Below are positions 1 through 5,387 of a DNA stretch of 20,000 bases, piece after piece. The position numbers and the translations under genes were made by a program. How positions within the stretch are numbered: position 1 is the stretch's first letter; every line of letters begins with the position of its first letter. The notes beneath the pieces were generated by a model. The model was not told where the DNA came from, did not search any database, and was given only the letters and a program-made list of their open reading frames with translations. The stretch lies in the sequence record DRR723986_8380, one strand, 5' to 3'.

Positions 1-2
1 GG

Positions 3-947
3 TCCATGTGGAGCTAAAGCTCCGCTTCTTATAGATAAACTAGGATCTGGCACCAATTTGTGTTCATTGACCACATATAATTCGCCAATGCCATTACAGT
101 TCTGGCAAGCTCCTTTAGGTGAGTTGAATGAAAAGTTATTTGGCTCTGGATTAGGATACGAAATCCCTGACGATGGACACATTAAATTTCGGCTAAAATA
201 GCGTGGTTCGTTAGTGTCCTGGTCAATAACCATCAACACATCATCTCCATGATACATGGCTGTGTTAATGGATTCCATAAGACGTTTTTCATTGTCTTGT
301 GTATCATCAATCTTTAAGCGATCAATAACTATTTCTATATCATGCGTTTTGTAACGGTCTAGTTTCATTCCTTTTTCAAGGTCAACAATCTCACCATCAG
401 TTCGCACTTTTACAAAACCTTGTTTAGCAATTTGTTCAAAGAGTTCACGGTAATGGCCTTTACGCGATCTTATTACAGGAGATAATATGTTTATGCGTTT
501 GCCTTTATAGGATTCTAGGATAAGGTCCTTAATTTGCGCATCACTATAGCTCACCATTTTATCACCAGTTTCATAACTGTAAGCATCAGCTGCTCTGGCG
601 AAAAGAAGTCGTAAAAAATCGTAGATCTCTGTAATTGTACCTACGGTAGAACGTGGCGATTTGCTCGTTGTTTTTTGCTCAATAGCAATAACAGGAGAGA
701 GGCCATCAATCTTATCCACATCTGGGCGCTCTAAACTTCCTAAAAACTGACGTGCATAAGCCGAAAATGTTTCAATATAACGACGTTGCCCTTCGGCATA
801 AATGGTATCAAAAGCCAAAGATGATTTTCCACTACCAGACAAGCCAGTAATCACTACCAGTTTCTCTCTGGGAATGCTGACATCAATGTTTTTAAGGTTG
901 TGAACACGTGCACCTTTTACTTCAATAGAATCGTCAAAATGGCTCAT
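3..947 (-). CDS. uvrA: Excinuclease ABC subunit A, 5' part (runs off the left edge)
   Basis: Manual translation from ATG at 947: [57 protein letters not shown] (UvrA N-terminus with Walker A). The same frame near the left edge gives [15 protein letters not shown] and [15 protein letters not shown]. Missing from the ORF track because it is truncated. Confidence 0.97.
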   Translation of the reverse strand, partial: MSHFDDSIEVKGARVHNLKNIDVSIPREKLVVITGLSGSGKSSLAFDTIYAEGQRRYIETFSAYARQFLGSLERPDVDKIDGLSPVIAIEQKTTSKSPRSTVGTITEIYDFLRLLFARAADAYSYETGDKMVSYSDAQIKDLILESYKGKRINILSPVIRSRKGHYRELFEQIAKQGFVKVRTDGEIVDLEKGMKLDRYKTHDIEIVIDRLKIDDTQDNEKRLMESINTAMYHGDDVLMVIDQDTNEPRYFSRNLMCPSSGISYPNPEPNNFSFNSPKGACQNCNGIGELYVVNEHKLVPDPSLSIRSGALAPHG

Positions 948-962
948 AAATTAGCAAAAGTG

Positions 963-970
963 CAAAGGTA
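963..970 (-). promoter_or_regulatory. Bacteroidota -7 promoter element for uvrA
   Basis: Minus strand TACCTTTG matches TAnnTTTG, 15 nt upstream of the ATG. Confidence 0.65.
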
Positions 971-1018
971 CATATTTAGATGTTAATTTCGTGTGAAGGT
1001 TTGTGATGATCTATTATA

Positions 1019-1048
1019 AAAAATGCGCTGAAAACTCAGCGCATTTTT
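1019..1048 (-). terminator. Intrinsic terminator downstream of ORF 1071..1421
   Basis: Perfect 13-bp stem AAAAATGCGCTGA-aaac-TCAGCGCATTTTT with T-runs on both strands. Confidence 0.85.
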
Positions 1049-1070
1049 AATTCGTTTATATGTTTTGTAT

Positions 1071-1421
1071 TTAGCTGCCTGCTAATAGTTCTTTAGCCTC
1101 TATAGCCTTAGTGTAATTTGCTTTTACACTACTGAGATATCCAAAAAATTTGGAGCCATCTTTTTTCTTTAAAATAACATATACAGAGCCGTCGTCTTCT
1201 GTCATTACCTCAGACACAGTAACTTCATTTCCATACACACTTTTATAATTGGCAACTTTACCACGTTTGGTTAAAGTGTTTAGTTTAGGAAATTTCACAT
1301 AGCGATAGGTTAGTGAAGCAGGTGTATTAACCACCAAGGCATCTCCGACTTTAGGCACGTCTTGCGCAGTCATACTAATAGTGAATCCGAAAAATAGTAG
1401 TATAAAAAATAGTTTTTTCAT
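1071..1421 (-). CDS. Hypothetical secreted protein (116 aa)
   Basis: N-terminal signal peptide (MKKLFFILLFFGFTISMTA-Q), TAATTTTG -7 element at 1451-1458 on the minus strand, and a downstream terminator. Confidence 0.8.
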   Translation of the reverse strand: MKKLFFILLFFGFTISMTAQDVPKVGDALVVNTPASLTYRYVKFPKLNTLTKRGKVANYKSVYGNEVTVSEVMTEDDGSVYVILKKKDGSKFFGYLSSVKANYTKAIEAKELLAGS

Positions 1422-1834
1422 AATTAAACAGGCTTAAATTAAGAATACTGCAAAATTATTAAATATTTAAAAATTTGTCAAGGATTTTAGATGTTTTTTT
1501 GCAATACAAATAGAGCCATTTAACCAAAGTTTTATAAAGAGAAAATAGGGTCGTTTATCTAATAAAACTATTCAAATAAATAAAAATATAGTAACTTATT
1601 AGACAATTCATTAATGTACCACTCCTTAATGGTACAAAATAACATAATTCGTTGTTGATTACACGGTACGTAAGATATACCCTGTATTGGGTATGTTTTG
1701 CCGTGGTGTTAGCTATTAAATTTGACTATTGACCATTTACACGGTTTAAATTGCCCTATGTAATAAATGGTAAACGTATTTTTATGTCTAAGAGAATTAG
1801 TATACTTGTAGTACTAATTTTTAAACAGCAACAC

Positions 1835-2362
1835 ATGAAATTACTCGGAATAGGATCAAGAATCAACCATGCAGACTACGGCAAGGGAGTTATAACCAAT
1901 GTCACTTCAAAACACTACTGGGTGACCTTTATAGACCAAGGCTTAGAAACCATAGAACTCGACTCAGAATTTGAGGTTATAGAAGCAGCCGAAGATGATG
2001 TGGATACTGTTAGCTTTTATGAGGTTGAAAAAAGCCTTAGAGACATCCTTAAAAAATGGTCTGATGCCAGTGAAGTCATTACCATAGCAGACAAATGGAA
2101 AGGTGGCAAACTGATCTTAGAACCAGGTGATACCAATCTGCAAGGTAAAGAGCTACCAATTGATACCTTCTTTCATAAGATTACTATGGTGCGTGATCGT
2201 TTACGTGTTATGGAGCAAAAGATCAACTCTAGTAAAAACCTGGATGAGCAAGAGAAAATAGACTTGCAGCAATACATTACACGTAGTTATGGTAGTTTAA
2301 CAAGTTTTAATGTGTTGTTTAAATTAAAGAGCCAGCAGTTTGTAGGGCAGAGTTCGAAGTAG
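1835..2362 (+). CDS. Hypothetical protein (175 aa) with a possible N-terminal SH3/Tudor-like domain
   Basis: The track start at 1751 is probably too early. ATG 1835 has an A-rich leader and a TATACTTG -7-like element at 1801-1808. N-terminus LGIGSRINHADYGKGVITNV; C-terminus looks helical. Confidence 0.8.
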   Translation: MKLLGIGSRINHADYGKGVITNVTSKHYWVTFIDQGLETIELDSEFEVIEAAEDDVDTVSFYEVEKSLRDILKKWSDASEVITIADKWKGGKLILEPGDTNLQGKELPIDTFFHKITMVRDRLRVMEQKINSSKNLDEQEKIDLQQYITRSYGSLTSFNVLFKLKSQQFVGQSSK

Positions 2363-2371
2363 AAATTGAAC

Positions 2372-2403
2372 TGTCATTGCGAGGACGTAGGACGATGCAA
2401 TCT
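2372..2403 (+). repeat. YGTCA-tagged palindromic repeat, unit A
   Basis: TGTCATTGCGAGGACGTAGGACGATGCAATCT; stem ATTGC/GCAAT. Confidence 0.85.
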
Positions 2404-2429
2404 ATTGATTGGTAACGGAAACGAGAAAC

Positions 2430-2457
2430 AGACTGCCGCGCTGCGCTCGCAGTAACG
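2430..2457 (-). repeat. YGTCA-tagged palindromic repeat, unit B
   Basis: Minus strand CGTTACTGCGAGCGCAGCGCGGCAGTCT; stem ACTGC/GCAGT; 24/28 identical to unit G (3767-3794). Confidence 0.85.
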
Positions 2458-2493
2458 ATTCAAATTTCATACTTCGCCATAACCTTACTATAT

Positions 2494-2501
2494 TAGTTTT
2501 G
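2494..2501 (+). promoter_or_regulatory. -7 promoter element for the GIY-YIG gene
   Basis: TAGTTTTG matches TAnnTTTG and ends 5 nt before ATG 2507. Confidence 0.5.
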
Positions 2502-2506
2502 CGTTA

Positions 2507-2803
2507 ATGAAACCAGGTTATACATATATTCTAACAAATCGAACGAATACTACTTTATATATCGGTGTAACTTCTAATCTAAATAAGCGTGTACTGCAGC
2601 ATAAAGAAAAGAAATACCCGAAGTCATTTAGTGCGCGTTACAATTTAGATAAATTAGTGTATTATGAAGCCTTTCAAATGATTGGTGATGCGATTGTAAG
2701 AGAAAAGCAGCTTAAAGCTGGTAGTAGAGCACAAAAACTAAAACTTATTGAAAATTTCAATCCTGAATGGGCGGACTTATATGATGGTTTGGTTTTGGAT
2801 TAA
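2507..2803 (+). CDS. Stand-alone GIY-YIG nuclease (98 aa), probable Ssn-like family
   Basis: GYTYIL...LYIGVT motifs, conserved R28, H32 and E66 (REKQLK), and C-terminal LIENFNPEWADLY typical of small stand-alone GIY-YIG proteins. Flanked by palindromic repeats. Confidence 0.92.
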   Translation: MKPGYTYILTNRTNTTLYIGVTSNLNKRVLQHKEKKYPKSFSARYNLDKLVYYEAFQMIGDAIVREKQLKAGSRAQKLKLIENFNPEWADLYDGLVLD

Positions 2804-2804
2804 T

Positions 2805-2831
2805 GAGACTGCTTCGTGCCTCGCAGTGACG
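2805..2831 (-). repeat. YGTCA-tagged palindromic repeat, unit C
   Basis: Minus strand CGTCACTGCGAGGCACGAAGCAGTCTC; 2801-2831 is 29/31 identical to 3724-3754. Confidence 0.88.
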
Positions 2832-2835
2832 TTAG

Positions 2836-2860
2836 TTTTGCTTCCTTCCCAGCGATGACG
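2836..2860 (-). repeat. Degenerate YGTCA-tagged repeat, unit D
   Basis: Minus strand CGTCATCGCTGGGAAGGAAGCAAAA keeps the CGTCAT tag and GAAGCAA end; abuts the stop codon at 2861-2863. Confidence 0.6.
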
Positions 2861-3592
2861 TTAAAACGATAAGCCTTTAACCTCTCCCATATCTAAGTCT
2901 AAAACCAATAACTTATGTGTTGTGGGTAAAAGGGCGCCACTTTCTGTAGTTATCCAATTATCCCAAGTGGCTTCTAAACCATCAATAGGTAATATATCTA
3001 CCCACATTTGGTAGCTTTTAGGTTTCCCAGTATCATCTAAGTGCCATAAATAAGAATCTCCTGGTGTGGTGCCACCAGATGTGTAGGTCACTAATAGAGC
3101 GTCTTTGCCGTCTTCGGTTTTTACCAAACGACGTTCTGTGTCTTGGTCAAACACCTTATAAGGTGCAACTAACCAAAAGGAATCGTTGTTAAAATAGCTT
3201 TCGGCTTTATGGATATACTCATGTTTTTGTTCACCGTTGTATTCCTGTTCACCAGCAAATACTTTAGATTTATCATGATTGTTGAGATCTAAAATGACGG
3301 TCATGTTATCCCATGATACTTCACAGGATTTTTCAGACTTATACCATTTATAATGATGTACACCTTTAAATGTCCATTCTATATACTCCGTATTTAGATA
3401 AGCCTCTTCATTCAAGGCTTGCAACATTTGTGTCGCCAATTGGTCGGCTTGTGGTCCTTTTTGACCTTCCGGAAGGTCTTCATTGTATTTAAGGTAGAGA
3501 AATCCGAAAAGTAAAAGGGTAGGAAGTGTAAAGAAGATGATGAGTCCTCCGATGATTTTTAGTATGCGCTTAGGTGTGAATTTTTTTGCCAA
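2861..3592 (-). CDS. Hypothetical membrane-anchored protein (243 aa)
   Basis: TTG start with TATTTTTG -7 element at 3613-3620 on the minus strand. N-terminal hydrophobic segment, then motifs FNNDSFWLVAPYK and GGTTPGDSYLW. Function not recognised. Confidence 0.85.
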   Translation of the reverse strand: MAKKFTPKRILKIIGGLIIFFTLPTLLLFGFLYLKYNEDLPEGQKGPQADQLATQMLQALNEEAYLNTEYIEWTFKGVHHYKWYKSEKSCEVSWDNMTVILDLNNHDKSKVFAGEQEYNGEQKHEYIHKAESYFNNDSFWLVAPYKVFDQDTERRLVKTEDGKDALLVTYTSGGTTPGDSYLWHLDDTGKPKSYQMWVDILPIDGLEATWDNWITTESGALLPTTHKLLVLDLDMGEVKGLSF

Positions 3593-3666
3593 TGATAGAA
3601 GTGTTCTTTTTTCAAAAATAATAAATTAATAACTGTGATTGCGCCTATACTACACATCAAACGTAA

Positions 3667-3706
3667 TGTCATTGCGAGAAGTGAGGTACGAACGACGAAG
3701 CAATCT
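3667..3706 (+). repeat. YGTCA-tagged palindromic repeat, unit E (long loop)
   Basis: TGTCATTGCGAGAAGTGAGGTACGAACGACGAAGCAATCT. Confidence 0.88.
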
Positions 3707-3727
3707 TATAAATTAATCCATAATAAT

Positions 3728-3754
3728 GAGACTGCTTCGTTCCTCGTAGTGACG
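3728..3754 (-). repeat. YGTCA-tagged palindromic repeat, unit F
   Basis: Minus strand CGTCACTACGAGGAACGAAGCAGTCTC; near copy of unit C. Confidence 0.85.
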
Positions 3755-3765
3755 ATTGAAACAAA

Positions 3766-3794
3766 GAGATTGCCGCGCTGCGCTCGCAATGACA
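3766..3794 (-). repeat. YGTCA-tagged palindromic repeat, unit G
   Basis: Minus strand TGTCATTGCGAGCGCAGCGCGGCAATCTC; abuts the stop codon at 3795-3797. Confidence 0.9.
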
Positions 3795-4694
3795 TTAATT
3801 ATGGAGTTTTTCTTTTATTGCTTTCGCCAAAACATGTGCAGCTTCAGGATAGTTTCTAAACCAAAGTTCTGGTTCAATAAGTTCTAGTTCTGCTAGTGCA
3901 ATCTTACCGTTGTTATCATTAAAAATATCTACTCTAGCATATAAAGGCATTTCGTCACAGGCATTAACACAATTAATAGCGAATTGTATTTCTTCTGCAG
4001 TAGATGTGTAGTCGTGCACTGAGCCGCCAAAGTCGTCTTGCACTCTAAAGTCTCCAGCTTTGGCTTTTTTTAAAATGGCATGCGTATACTGACCGTTAAA
4101 TACCATCATGGAAACTTCTCCTTCTGACACAATTTTATGTTGAAAAGGTTGTAACATCATGGCTTCTTTAGCAATTAAGTTCTTAAAAATAGCTTCATGT
4201 TCTGCTATATTAGATGCATTCAGTCTAAAGGTATGCCTGGCACTACCAGAGATACAAGGTTTTAAAACAGTCTCTTGCCAACCTGTTTTAGCATGTAATT
4301 CTGCTAATGTTTTAGTTTCACCAGTTTCAATAAAATAGGTTTCAGCGATATGAACACCATTATCCTGAAGGTCTTGTAAATAGTGTTTATCAATATTCCA
4401 GCGAATAATAGCTTCAGAATTTATAAGTGTCGTAACTTTAGATACAGCATTTAACCATTTGGAAAATGCTTCAAAATCATCAAAATAATCCCAAGTGGTT
4501 CTAAATAGAATGGCTTTAGTACTAGCCCAATCAAAATGTGGATCACTCCATGCTAACCGTATAACATTAAGACCTAATTTTTCAAGAGTGTTTGCAACGA
4601 GTGCATCTTCAGTGATAACGTTTTTTACATAGTCATCAACGATTGTAGGGTAGGCGTGTTTTTGGTCAGTGAGAATGACGACGTCGTATTTCAT
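3795..4694 (-). CDS. ATP-grasp fold protein (RimK/glutathione synthetase-like)
   Basis: Motifs WNIDKHYL, VLKPCISGSA, MMLQPF, GDFRVQDDFGG, LYARVD and ELELIEP are typical of RimK-like ATP-grasp ligases. Confidence 0.85.
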   Translation of the reverse strand: MKYDVVILTDQKHAYPTIVDDYVKNVITEDALVANTLEKLGLNVIRLAWSDPHFDWASTKAILFRTTWDYFDDFEAFSKWLNAVSKVTTLINSEAIIRWNIDKHYLQDLQDNGVHIAETYFIETGETKTLAELHAKTGWQETVLKPCISGSARHTFRLNASNIAEHEAIFKNLIAKEAMMLQPFQHKIVSEGEVSMMVFNGQYTHAILKKAKAGDFRVQDDFGGSVHDYTSTAEEIQFAINCVNACDEMPLYARVDIFNDNNGKIALAELELIEPELWFRNYPEAAHVLAKAIKEKLHN

Positions 4695-5359
4695 TTTAAA
4701 TGTTTTAGAGCTTCTTTTTTACTTAAGGGTTTTAAATCTGTATTAGTCACAAATTGTTCTACTGCGGCCATATCAACTTTAGCATATTCTCGCAAGGCCC
4801 AGCCAATCGCTTTTCTGATAAAGAATGCATTAGAAGTCTTATGTGCCAGACATAGTCTTTGGAGTAGCTGAAAGTCGGTTTTTTCTTTGTAACCTAATTG
4901 AAATAAAATTGCAGATCGATTTAGCCACATATTGTCCGATTCTGAAAAGCGTTGAATGGTTTTATCTCTTAGCTCAGAACATTCCATTAAAAACTGTCCT
5001 AATATATGCTTAGCTATAAAATCTACGGTATCCCAATGCGAATGCGAAGTGATGAGGTATTCAATATCATCTAAATCTTTAGCAACATAATGACGCTTTT
5101 TAAAGCGCGCATAGATGTCCATAGCTACATAATGATACTCGCGTTCCTTTTTGTGATATAATGCCCTTGTAATATCTGAAACATTAGCTTTTAGTTCGTC
5201 TTTGTGACTATTAATAGCTTCTCGCAACAGTGTTTTTCGTAATGGGGATTTGATACCTAAAAACGGAAACAAATGCTTCATATACGCTTGCATTGGCAAT
5301 GCATTCTCTAAAGACCTATTGGCCTCAAAAAGTGTTGTCAACTCTTGTGCAAAAGACAT
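4691..5359 (-). CDS. DNA alkylation repair protein (AlkD-like)
   Basis: MQAYMK..FPFLGIKSPLRK, HWDTVD, NMWLNRSAI, FFIRKAIGWALREYAK. Overlaps the downstream gene by 4 nt. Confidence 0.88.
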   Translation of the reverse strand: MSFAQELTTLFEANRSLENALPMQAYMKHLFPFLGIKSPLRKTLLREAINSHKDELKANVSDITRALYHKKEREYHYVAMDIYARFKKRHYVAKDLDDIEYLITSHSHWDTVDFIAKHILGQFLMECSELRDKTIQRFSESDNMWLNRSAILFQLGYKEKTDFQLLQRLCLAHKTSNAFFIRKAIGWALREYAKVDMAAVEQFVTNTDLKPLSKKEALKHLK

Positions 5360-5387
5360 AACGGCCAGTTATAATTAAAACTTAACT

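Noticed and set aside
1568-1658. Short ORFs: minus 1568..1645 (MLFCTIKEWYINELSNKLLYFYLFE) and plus 1614..1658 (MYHSLMVQNNIIRC)
   Set aside because: Too short, no recognisable features, and expected by chance in AT-rich DNA; would need ribosome profiling.
1751-1834. N-terminal extension given by the ORF track (TTG start)
   Set aside because: It overlaps a hairpin and the likely promoter; ATG 1835 has better context.
2507-2803. GIY-YIG gene as a UvrC fragment linked to uvrA
   Set aside because: It is a complete stand-alone small GIY-YIG protein lacking UvrC's other domains and is not co-transcribed with uvrA; the repeat context explains it better.
2372-3794. CRISPR array or classical IS/RAYT element
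   Set aside because: Units vary in length and orientation, there are no regular spacers or cas genes, and no HUH or DDE transposase is encoded.
3635-3859. 74-aa plus-strand ORF
   Set aside because: It is the translation of repeat units E-G (VIARSE...RLPRCARND) and overlaps the ATP-grasp gene antisense; most likely spurious.
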